A stretch of DNA of 64,000 bases from Eledone cirrhosa (Eukaryota): the NCBI GenBank assembly GCA_964016885.1, contig OZ024746.1:68882001-68946000 (forward strand), read 5' to 3'. Positions 12,899-22,726 of this stretch are shown one piece after another. The notes beneath the pieces are model-generated. The model was given only the letters and a program-made list of their open reading frames with translations, was not told the origin of the DNA and did not search any database. The translations under genes and the position numbers were made by a program. Every line of letters begins with the position of its first letter. The stretch's first letter is position 1.

Positions 12899-12970
12899 AT
12901 ATATTTTATCTGATGAGGACGTACTGAAAAAACAGCACAGTACCTTCGAAATATATATAATAAAATATAT
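12899..12970 (+). ncRNA. Type I hammerhead ribozyme motif with minimal palindromic helix III
   Basis: Stem I atatattttat/ataaaatatat (11 bp), CUGAUGA 12910-12916, stem II ggacgtactg/cagtaccttc, GAAA 12948-12951, (UA) palindrome, AUA cleavage triplet. Confidence 0.75.
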
Positions 12971-13168
12971 TTTGATTACGCGAATGTCTATATTTATTAA
13001 TATTTGGGATTAAAATATATATATATATGATCATGGTGATATAAATATGTTTGATTGTGCATGTTTGTGTATGTTTGTGTATATGTGTGTGTATCGAAAC
13101 ACAGAATGGCTGAATGGTTAAAAAGTTCACATTATAATCATTAGATTGTAGGGGGTTTGATCCCACTG

Positions 13169-13203
<35 letters not shown>

Positions 13204-13243
13204 GATATTAAATAAATGGAAACTATATTTATAAAACCATATT

Positions 13244-13309
13244 TATTTCATTATATATATTTCAGGGATATCATATTAACAATATGCTATGCCTTCCTCA
13301 GACAAAATA
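13244..13309 (-). ncRNA. Type I hammerhead ribozyme motif (mirror copy)
   Basis: Exact reverse complement of 13453-13518. Confidence 0.7.
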
Positions 13310-13452
13310 CAATATAGACAGTTTTATAGATAAATAGATTTGACATACCGTTCAACATCGACTTGTATTTGAAAAAGTTGATTTGGCAGTCAAATACAAG
13401 TCGATGTTGAACGGTATGTCAAATTTATTTATCTATAAAACTGTCTATATTG

Positions 13453-13518
13453 TATTTTGTCTGAGGAAGGCATAGCATATTGTTAATATGATATCCCTGA
13501 AATATATATAATGAAATA
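13453..13518 (+). ncRNA. Type I hammerhead ribozyme motif
   Basis: Stem I tattttgt/atgaaata, CUGAGGA 13461-13467, long stem II aggcatagcatatt/aatatgatatccct, GAAA 13499-13502, UA palindrome, AUA site. Confidence 0.72.
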
Positions 13519-13647
13519 AATATGGTTTTATAAATATAGTTTCCATTTATTTAATATCGTAAATATACTCCAAATACTTGTTGAGTGCTTTTATATCAGT
13601 TATAAATATTTACTAGTTGTAACCCAACAATTTAAATATAACTTTCC

Positions 13648-13715
<68 letters not shown>

Positions 13716-13805
13716 GGGAGAAAAGGTGAAGTTGGAAATAGCACGGAAAACACATTTTAGGGTCTGTTTTTCTTTTTCTTTTTTTCTTCCTTTCTTTGCT
13801 TCATC

Positions 13806-13974
13806 AAAGTGACATTACCGAAAAGATGACACTCAAAATTCCTCATTAATTAAACCCAAGACAGGTAAAATATCCATTAGAAATTAATTTTTTTCATGTC
13901 TGACTGAAAGACTCTGGAGTTTTTACCTGTCTGGGGTTTAATTAATGAGTGTCATCTTTTCGGTAGTGTCACTT
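13806..13974. repeat. Inverted repeat (~55-65-bp arms) followed by a short tail and (TA)n
   Basis: aaagtgacattaccgaaaagatgacactc..attaattaaacccaagacaggtaaaa pairs with ttttacctgtctggggtttaattaatgagtgtcatcttttcggtagtgtcacttt. Confidence 0.8.
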
Positions 13975-14009
13975 TTTTGTCCACTGTTTTGTATAGAACC
14001 TTACTTCCC

Positions 14010-14041
<32 letters not shown>

Positions 14042-14287
14042 GTAGAATAATCGAGTATCGGAAAATCAGCTCACGAGTTTACGATAAACAAATCCGACAT
14101 GAGTGGCAGAGGGCTCAATAATTCAGATAAATCAGAGCTATAACTATCGTTAAAATACCAACACACAAAGATTATGTCTAAAATCACCCATGCGGCCGAA
14201 AAATTACGACCAGGAAGATTCGGGTCACTCAGATAAAATATCAATAAATCAATAAATCATATGAATGTAAAAATATATATATATATA

Positions 14288-14425
14288 TAACGAAGGAGGT
14301 GTGGTAAGGAACCAGATGGACCATAACGCACCAGAGTACTCAATACTTAGGGTAGTAGAGTGGGTAATGAGAAAATATTAAACCCCAACGGCAGAGCTCA
14401 AGCCGTTGCGGTTTAACATTTTCCT
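14288..14425 (-). mobile_element. Hairpin-headed short element in (TA)n, same family as 21971-22172
   Basis: Shares the tail ttacccactctactaccctaagtattgagta..ggtg(c/t)gttatggtcca..cttaccacac with 22094-22172. Confidence 0.7.
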
Positions 14426-14854
14426 ATATATATATATATATAAAGATTTACATATACACAAACTAGACAAAGTCATGGATATATAGATATATATGTTTTT
14501 GGCAACCATTCACGATGTGGCTCAATGACGAATTAATTAATTAAATAATCAGAGCAATATACAATAAAGTATGTCCATAGAATCATTTGATAAGATATAT
14601 ACACCATCTCCTCTCCTAATCAGCATAATCAACCACACAAAAACCAATTAAACCAGGCTTTAAGATTAAAAGGCACCTATGAAGAAATAATAGATAAATA
14701 AACGACAGCCATCTATTCGCGATCAACAGCTATAGAATATTTACCCAGCATTTCAATAGCACGTGGAAATCGATTAAATATATCGTCAACCATATACAAT
14801 TAGGTATAAAATTAAAGTTAGAAGAAAAAATGTATATAAACATACCAAGATTAC

Positions 14855-14937
14855 GTTTCTACCCAAATGGGGTTTCTTTCGCTTTTGGAAATATCCGATC
14901 AAGGATAAATTCACGAGCTTCGAAATCATCAGGAAAC
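14855..14937 (-). ncRNA. Type I hammerhead ribozyme motif with complete helix III
   Basis: Minus strand: gtttc-CTGATGA-tttcg[39-nt loop with inner hairpin]cgaaa-GAAA-ccc cattt ggg-TA-gaaac; GUA site. The 10.1-11.1 pair is an atypical U-A. Confidence 0.65.
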
Positions 14938-14971
14938 AAACTCACTTGGACGAAGATTTTTCTTAAATGAT

Positions 14972-15045
14972 CCCCGCCAGAAACGAATTCAAAATGGCTA
15001 AGAACTGTGACGTGGCAGTGGTCAAGTCAGAAAGAATGTGATTGG
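14972..15045 (-). promoter_or_regulatory. Putative Pol II promoter/TSS cluster oriented leftward
   Basis: On the minus strand: CCAAT (15041-15045), CRE/E-box ccacgtca (15008-15015), GCCATTTT YY1-like overlapping TTTGAA (14988-14998), tttctggcggg E2F-like (14973-14983). Downstream donor-like sites gtgagt (14945) and gtatgt (14845). Confidence 0.45.
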
Positions 15046-15549
15046 TGCCTTACGGCGAGTGGGCTGGTTGCTAGAAAGCGCAGCCTAATATTGCCTAAAT
15101 TGCATCTCAACCTTATGGGAGAATTATCAAATATAAAGATTTACATATACACAAACTAGACAAAGTCATATATATATATATATATATATATATTTGGCAA
15201 CCATTCACGATGTGGCTCTATGACGAATTAATTAATTTAATAATAAGAGCAATATACAATAAAGTATGTCCATAGAATCATTTGATAAGATATATACACC
15301 ATCTCCTCTCCTAATCAGCATAATCAACCACACAAAAACCAATTAAATCAGGCTATAAGATTAAAAGGCACTTATGAAGAAATAATAGATAAATAAACGA
15401 CAGCCATCTATTCGCGATCAACAGCTATAGAATATTTACCCAGCATTTCAATAGCACGTGGAAATCGATTAAATATATCGTCAACCATACACAATTAGGT
15501 ATAAAATTAAAGTTAGAAGAAAAAATGTATATAAACATACCAAGATTAC

Positions 15550-15630
15550 GTTTCTACCAATGGGGATTCTTTCGCTTTTGGAAATATCCGATCAAGGATA
15601 AATTCACGAGCTTCGAAATCATCAGGAAAC
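15550..15630 (-). ncRNA. Hammerhead motif, second copy, core mutated (GAAA to GAAU)
   Basis: Paralog of 14855-14937 with a substitution at 15566 and a 2-nt deletion in helix III. Confidence 0.5.
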
Positions 15631-15692
15631 AAACTCACTTGGACGAAGATTTTATACCTAATTGTGTATGGTTGACGATATATTTAATCGAT

Positions 15693-16270
15693 GTTTTAGC
15701 ACACCTTCACCCAGCGATCATCATCCATGCACATCACATGTCCATACCAACTCGGTCTTCTTTCTGGCACACAACATCTGATTCCACTTATATCTCAGCT
15801 CATCCATGCTTTGTTGTTTACACACATTTACATTACACATCCATCGAAGCATGCTCTCTTCGATTCTCTCCAGCCTTCGCATATTCTCTGCAGTTACTGA
15901 CCATATTTCACTACAATGCAGCATTGCACATCGCACACAGGCATCATACAGCTGATCTTTCGTTTGTAGGAGAAACATGTTGTTGTCAACAGGGGTAGTA
16001 GCTTTATAAACTTCTATCCTGTTTTTATTCTAGCTACCATGTTCCTGGAGCATTCACCTCCTCTGATAGTTTGATCAGCTAGCTAGCAAAAGCTATCAAC
16101 CATTTCTATGGTTTCTTGGTGGGATTGGAAAAGGTTTATATCATTGACACTCTTACTATCAATTTTCCCTGAGCATCTATTACATACAAAGTCTTCCTTA
16201 TAGAAATTAAAGATGGAATTTGAATAATAACCTGTTTTCTTTGAGCATATAACATCTATTGTCTGCATTT
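15693..16270 (-). mobile_element. Degenerate RTE LINE fragment
   Basis: LYDACVRCAMLHCSEIWSV...MLRWMCNV and IEMVDSFC peptides. Confidence 0.8.
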
Positions 16271-16444
16271 ATTATGCAACAATGCATAATCGGCGCATGT
16301 GGTTTCATCAGCGGGTCTCGCCAAATCAATAACCAATCAATCGACAGAATTCGATTCCATATATATATATATCTTTTTCTTCTTCTCTGCTCTTGCCCAA
16401 TATGACTGGAGTCATCCTAGGTCAGTGATCCCAGAGGTATTCTC

Positions 16445-16615
16445 ATGTATGTATGTATGTATGAATGTATGTATGTATGTATGAATGTGTATGTATGTGT
16501 GTGTGTATGTATGCATGTATGTGTGTGTATGTATGTGTGTATGTATGTATGTGGGTGTGTGGGTGTGTGTATGTATGTGTGTATGTATGTGTGTCTGTAT
16601 GTATGTATGTATATA
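16445..16615. repeat. (TATG)n/(TG)n microsatellite
   Basis: Direct reading of the sequence. Confidence 0.95.
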
Positions 16616-16988
16616 CGAGATATGAGTTAGTCATTCTGTCTATGCTTTTGTCTATCAGAAATGACATCCATTTAATTATAAATCTCTATATGTGTTATAT
16701 TATGTGTGATGGCAAAGTTCCACAGTTCCTCAGATGATACTGTGATATTCCATAGCAGAGAGGAACAAACTTTAAATTAAGTGACTGAAGTAAACAATTA
16801 TCCGTATACCATCCTTAACGAAAGATCATCCTTAATCACTAAAATCATGCCATCATCTTTTAACAACTAATTGAGAACATCATATGACATGTGAATGTTT
16901 AAACTGTCCTTATAATTCACATAGCCATTCAATTTGTATGTTTGCCATTTCTAGATTATCTCCGCACCTTAGTGGCATACAGCAATAG

Positions 16989-18000
16989 GTGGCTGTGGTG
17001 GTTGGGAGGGGGGGTTGTGGTGGTGGATGTGGTGGTAGTGGTGGTGGATGTGGTGGTGGTGGTGGTGGTGGGGTTGGTGGCAGCGGTGGTGGTGGGGATG
17101 GTGGATGTGGTGGTAGTGGTGGTGGATGTGGTGGTGGTGGTGGTGGTGGGGTTGGTGGCAGCGGTGGTGGTGGGGATGTGGTGGTAGTGGTGGTGGATGT
17201 GGTGGTGGTGGTGGTGGTGGTTGTGGTGGTGGTGGTGGTGGTGGTAGTGGTGGTGGTGGTGGTGGTGGATGTGGTGGTGGTTGTGGTGGTGGTGGTGGTG
17301 GGGGGGATGGTGGAGGTGGTTGTGGTGGTGGATGTGGTGGTAGTGGTGGTGGTGGTGGTGGATGTGGTGGTAGTGGTGGTGGATGTGGTGGTGGTGGTGG
17401 TGGTGGTCGTGGTCGTGGTGGTTGTGGTGGTGGATGTGGTGGTTGTGGTGGCGGATGTGGTGGTGGTGGATGTGGTGGTAGTGGTGGTGGATGTGGTGGT
17501 GGTGGTGGTGGGGTCGGTGGCAGCGGTGGTGGTGGTGGGGTTGGTGGCAGCGGTGGTGGTGGTCGTGGTGGTGGTGGGGATGGTGGATGTGGTGGTAGTG
17601 GTGGTGGATGTGGTGGTGGTGGTGGTGGTTGTGGTGGTGGTGGTGGTGGTGGTGGATGTGGTGGTGGTGGTGGTGGTGATGGATGTGGTGGTAGTGGTGG
17701 TGGATGTGGTGGTGGTAGTGGTGGTAGTGGTGGTGGTGGTGGTGGATGTGGTGGTGGTGGTGGTGGTGGTCGTGGTGGTGGTGGATGTGGTGGTTGTGGT
17801 GGCGGATGTGGTGGTGGTGGATGTGGTGGTAGTGGTGGCGGCTGTGGTGGTGGTGGTTGTGATGGGATTGTTGTTATTGCTGTTATTGCCATTGCCCTTT
17901 GTGGTGGTGACAGTGGTGATGGTCATGGTGGGGGGGTGAAGGTGGTGGTGATGATGGGGGGGGGGGGGGTAGGAGGAGGAGGAGGAGGAATAGGAGGAGG
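16989..18000. repeat. ~1-kb degenerate (GGT)n array with internal block duplications
   Basis: Direct reading; the poly-G/V/T/P ORFs are repeat artefacts. Confidence 0.95.
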
Positions 18001-18195
18001 AAGAAGAGAGGGAAAAAAAAACAATGATGACAATGATGACAACAACAATTAATGGCTATCGGTTAATCATTTGTTGAAATTAATTAAACAATTTAGATTC
18101 ATTAATTATATACTGGCATATCTAAATTGTGTATCATTTTGTATGCATTATTGTAAAATATATTTTGTAATATTTGACACACAAATAAAATATCA

Positions 18196-18232
<37 letters not shown>

Positions 18233-20450
18233 CTGTGACCAAGGGCGTAGTCACGCTAGTGAGGAAGGACGAGAACAAGGGGGACGAAATAAGTAACTTC
18301 AGGCCCATAACTCTGCTAAATACAGAGTTACAGATTTTGGCCAAGGTGCTAGCAAAGAGGTTGGCGCTTGTCGTGGGCAACCTGGTGGGAGATGCGCAGA
18401 CATGCGCTATCCCGTCCAGGTCCATCCATGACAACCTCCACCTCATGCGATACATCATAGAGAGGGTTGGGAACGAACCCGGCTTTGGTGGGGCTCTGAT
18501 CAACTTGGATCAATCTAAGGCGTTCGATAGGGTCGACCATGGTTACCTGGATGCGGTGCTAGCGGCAGCAGGCTTCGGACCCGTTTTCAGGGGCTGGATC
18601 ACTGCTATGCACAGCAGCCGCATCTGCTCTAGGGTCAAGGTGAACGGCTACCTCTCGGAGCCGTTCAAAATCGCGCGGTCCATCCGACAAGGGTGCCCTC
18701 TCTCCTCCCTTCTGTATGTGTTGACTCTCGAGCCACTACTGCGGAAGTTGGAGTTGTTGCAGGGCATCCCTTTGGAACCGGGATTGCGGAAAGCGGTGTC
18801 AGCCTACGCCGATGATGTGACAGTAATGGTGTCGACGGCCTCCGAAATCGAGGCGGTCGGCACCTTACTGGAGGAGTACGAAAAGTTCACAGGGGCTAAG
18901 CTGAACCGGGACAAGTCGATCGGTTTGCAACTCGGCACGTGGAGGGGCAGACCGATGCCCTCCGATGGCGTCGTCGGACGCTGGACGGAGGGCCCGGTGA
19001 AGTTGCTCGGGGTCTGGTTCGGACCGGACCTCCAGGTGGAGAAAAACTGGGCGGAGGTTACGAACAGGGTGTTTGCACTGACCCAGAAGTGGGCCAGTTG
19101 CAAACTATCCCTGAAAGGTCGGGCGGAGGTGGCGAACACTTATATAGCGTCCGTCATCTACTACCGCCTGACCGTAGTGCCCTGCCCAAGGGAAACCCTC
19201 ACCAAGATGGAGCGCGCGCTCTTCCAATTCCTTTGGAAGGGGCGGGCTCCTATGGTGAGGAGATCCATCTGCTGTCAACACCCTTCGAAAGGAGGGCTGG
19301 GGATGCCGTGGCTAATGATGCGTAAACACGCATTAAGGCTACGGCACCTCTACGTATTCCTCACCGGACAACCGGTGTGGGCCTCGTTTGTGAGACGAAC
19401 CTTTCCCAGACTCGTCTCACTCACCGAGCTGCAATCCTGGGTCAAGCAAAGACCGAGAAAACTGGGCGCCTGGCACACTGAGTGTGCCCAGGCGCTCACC
19501 GCCCTCTGGCAGGCGGATCCGGTTATCAGTGGAGACTCCACCGCAACATTCTATAGAGGGCTGGTACGCAGCAGGTGCGACGACGCCCTCGGAGAAGCCC
19601 TAGACATGGAGGAGGACGAACTGGCCAGCCTGTTCGGTAGGACATTCAGCCCGGGACCTATGGACAACTTCCAGAAGTCCCTGGCCTGGCAGTGCTACCG
19701 AGGGGCTTTACCCGTTCGAGAAAGGCTCTACAGACACGGGCGCCCGGGTAGGGACCCCGCCAAAAAGATCTGTCCCAGATGCGTGTGCGACGAGGAAACC
19801 GTTGCACACGCATTGGTACACTGCTCGGGCGTAGCCGATCTGTGGGGCTATGTCGAACAACTGCTGTCAAGGGTGGGACCGATCCGGTTGACCACCGAGT
19901 CTATTGTAATGATCAAGCCGCCTCCCCCCTTCAAAGATGAAGCAGAGGCGGTGTTTCTGTGCGTAATAGCCATGGCGAAAGAGGTTGTATGGTGGACGCG
20001 TCTGAAAGGACTGAGGTCAGGCACCTTTCTCTCTGGCCAACAACTGGTCCGTTTCTTCCGATATCATTTCGGAAGAAGGATTAGGATGGAGAGAGAGGTG
20101 CTGCACCCCAGTCGTTTTTATGAAAGGTGGGTGAAAGTGGCGAGAATGGCCCGTGTGAATGGGCCTTCTCTTTACATAAGCCTGTAGGTGGAAAAGAGGA
20201 AGGAACGAGGGAGCACCCCTTCTCTGTGCTCCTGAGGAAAAGGGTTGCCCACTTTTTTCGGGGGTGTGTGCGACCCCCCAAGGCGCCTCCTCTCTATTGA
20301 GGATTTTGTTAAAAATTTTATTTTTTGTTATATCTTATTTTATTTTTATATTTTGTTATTGCCTCCTCCTTATTGAGGACGCCTTTTTGTGTAAACTCCC
20401 CCCTTTGTACTTGTCCCACTTTTGATGCCCTAGTGGCAAATAAAAGAAAC
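18233..20450 (+). mobile_element. Tx1-clade (L1 group) LINE, 5'-truncated, with an uninterrupted 650-aa RT plus CCHC reading frame
   Basis: FRPITLLN, LDQSKAFDRVDH, RQGCPLS, YADD, GGLG and the zf-RVT-type CPRC...ETVAHALVHC; stop at 20187; 3' UTR ends aataaaagaaac; (TCTA)n on both flanks. Confidence 0.92.
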
Positions 20451-20460
20451 TTATCTATCT

Positions 20461-21115
20461 ACAGCTGTATAAAAAGGTGCAGAGAACTCAAAGTTGATGG
20501 AAGCTATGGAGTGGGTAGACCTAGGAAGATTTGGGATGAGGTGATAAAAACTGACCTTGCACAATTATACTTCTCAAAGGTGATGACACAGGACTGTGTT
20601 CTCTGGCACTATGCAGTAATATAGAAGACCCACCTTCCCATTTGCTAGGGCTAGGGGATACATCTAGTATGCACTACCATCCCTCCCATCATTCCTCCCA
20701 CACACCTCCCATGTTTTAATCCTCCCACCCACATCCTAACACCCCACCCCTAGATCTACCTCCCCAATTCCCTATGCTTCTCCCCCACCTAAGTCCCCAA
20801 TCCATGCTATAAAGTGGTCATCTTGATGTCGCAACAATGACTGCCCAATCTACACTCTAAAGTAGTCATGTAGGTGTCATGACAAAAAGTATCCAATCCA
20901 CACTGTAAAGTGGTTGTGTAGGTATCACAACAAAAAGCACCCAGTACACACTTTAAATGTGGTTGGCGATAGGATTGGTATCCAACCATAGAAACCAAGC
21001 CAAAATCAGTTCTGAATGAGCAAAACACAGTCCTCCGACCTGGCTTGTCTCACAACAGGACAGCTCATCTAACTCATGCTAGTATGGAAAATAGACATTA
21101 AACAATGATGATGAG
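20461..21115 (+). mobile_element. RTE LINE 3' fragment
   Basis: SCIKRCRELKVDGSYGVGRPRKIWDEVIK, 3' UTR modules and a GAT tail. Confidence 0.82.
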
Positions 21116-21970
21116 CATGATGTATAAACATATACTGTGTCTGTATATGAAACTTGTGTTAATATAAAACTTTCACATCCATGTAAGATATGGGCACCAT
21201 ATTGTAAAAAACTGAAAGTTCTGAAGAGACTTCACTAAAATTGTTTCTTCCAAATTCTCAAAATATTTTTGTTACACTAGAAAGGAACACCTGAATAGAC
21301 ATTAAGGTTCATATTTTTTTTTAAATGCAATTTTCTGAGTAGTAATTCATCTTATTTGAAAAGATAATTTTAGAATTCCTAAATAAGTTTTTTTTCATGA
21401 AGAATTAGACATTGGTACATGACATTCTCATAAGCCAAAGAGTGGTTCAGCAATTTCATCAAAGAAAATCTCAAACACATAAACACCAGTCTCCAAGATT
21501 AGAAGGGGAGGACAAGAAATAGAGTTAAATGGAAAAAAATAAGATTTATGGGGGCATCGTATAATCAAAGCTAACTATTTGAATTGTGCCAAAATAAGCT
21601 GCATACAAAATGGAATAAGTCAATATTTTACCAACAGTGTCTGCCCAAACTGAAGAAGATTTCTATTTTTAAAAGTTGGCTTTGATTAACATCATCTGTA
21701 TCATCTGCATCATCAGCTTTCACCTGTTATGTCTGCTGCAAGAGTTACAAATTTTGCTGTCTCTAAAAGCCAGTTACATGCACCTAACAGAGTTGAAGAG
21801 GGAAGAGGGGGGGGGGGGGGTCTCATATTTTAAACCAAGTTTTAACATGTATAGTAAAGATTCAGAGAACAGAACAAAAAAAAAAAAACATACATACATA
21901 TTTCGAAGGCAATGCTGCAGTATGACCTTGGTTTTGATGGCTGAAAGTACTATACATATATATATATATA

Positions 21971-22172
21971 TAGGGAAAGAGTCAGGACCCCAACGGCTGA
22001 ACTCCGGCCATTTCAACAGCTAGATCTGAACAGTTTGGATCTAGCTGTCGAAATGGCCGGAGCTCAGCCGTCGGGGTCCTGACTCTTTTCCTATTACCCA
22101 CTCTACTACCCTAAGTATTGAGTAGTCAGGTGTGTTATGGTCCACCTGCTATCTTACCACACCCTCTTTGTT
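21971..22172 (+). mobile_element. Hairpin-headed short element (~60-bp-arm hairpin 21971-22093 plus tail) in (TA)n
   Basis: Near-perfect foldback followed by the tail shared with 14288-14370. Confidence 0.75.
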
Positions 22173-22189
22173 ATATATATATATATATA

Positions 22190-22726
22190 TTGAGAGAGAG
22201 ACTGAGCATAAGAGGAATCAAATGTTGTGTGCAGGAGAGGCGGTTGCGTTGGTATGGACATGTGATGCGTATGAAGGATGACAGCTGCATAAAAAGATGC
22301 AGAGCACTAGAAGTCGATGGAAACCGCAGAGTGGGGAGACCCAAGATGACCTGGGATGAGGTGATAAAAGCCAACCTTACCCAATTACACCTCTCAAAGG
22401 CGATGACACACGACCGTGACCCCTGGCGTCACGCAGTAATACAGAGTACCCGACCTCCCATGGGTACAAGCTGATGCATATAGACAACATGCCCCCACAC
22501 CCTCCCACTGTAAAGTGGTCGTGGAGGTGCCACGGCAAAAAAGCACCCAGCACTCACTGTAAATGAGGTTGGTGTTAGGAAGGGCATCCAGCTGTAGATA
22601 TCAAGCCAAAATCAGTTCCTGTATGAGCAAGGCATGGTCAGCCAACCAGACACTGCCCACAAAGGACAACCCGTCTAACCCATGCTAGCATGGAAGAACG
22701 GACGTAAAACGGTGATGATGATGATG
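22190..22726 (+). mobile_element. RTE LINE 3' fragment
   Basis: RERLSIRGIKCCVQERRLRWYGHVMRM...GRPKMTW; starts directly after (TA)n; (GAT)n tail. Confidence 0.88.

Larger units (their letters stand above)
13201..13648. mobile_element. Penelope-like non-autonomous element: 172-bp inverted repeat plus tail, flanked by (TA)n
   Basis: Arms 13201-13372 and 13390-13561 differ at one position; 17-bp spacer; each arm carries a hammerhead motif. Confidence 0.75.
14441..15692 (-). repeat. ~520-bp direct repeat pair (period ~695 bp) with a terminal 44-bp inversion; carries hammerheads
   Basis: 14441-14960 closely matches 15134-15653; 15649-15692 is the reverse complement of 15464-15507. Confidence 0.9.

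Noticed and set aside
13890-13930. Possible hammerhead (ctgactga-aagactc..gagt)
   Set aside because: The core has an extra base and no GAAA or UH follows.
16271-16320. Complete hammerhead on the minus strand (CTGATGAAACCAC...)
   Set aside because: Only the 5' core and part of stem II remain and GAAA/helix III are missing; counted only as a relic.
16910-18052. 300+ aa poly-Thr, poly-Pro, poly-Gly and poly-Val ORFs
   Set aside because: Open in several frames on both strands because the GGT repeat lacks stops; no splice or domain evidence.
21640-21783. Minus-strand exon after a strong polypyrimidine-AG acceptor
   Set aside because: All three frames close and no partner exon is identifiable; a lncRNA exon cannot be supported without transcripts.
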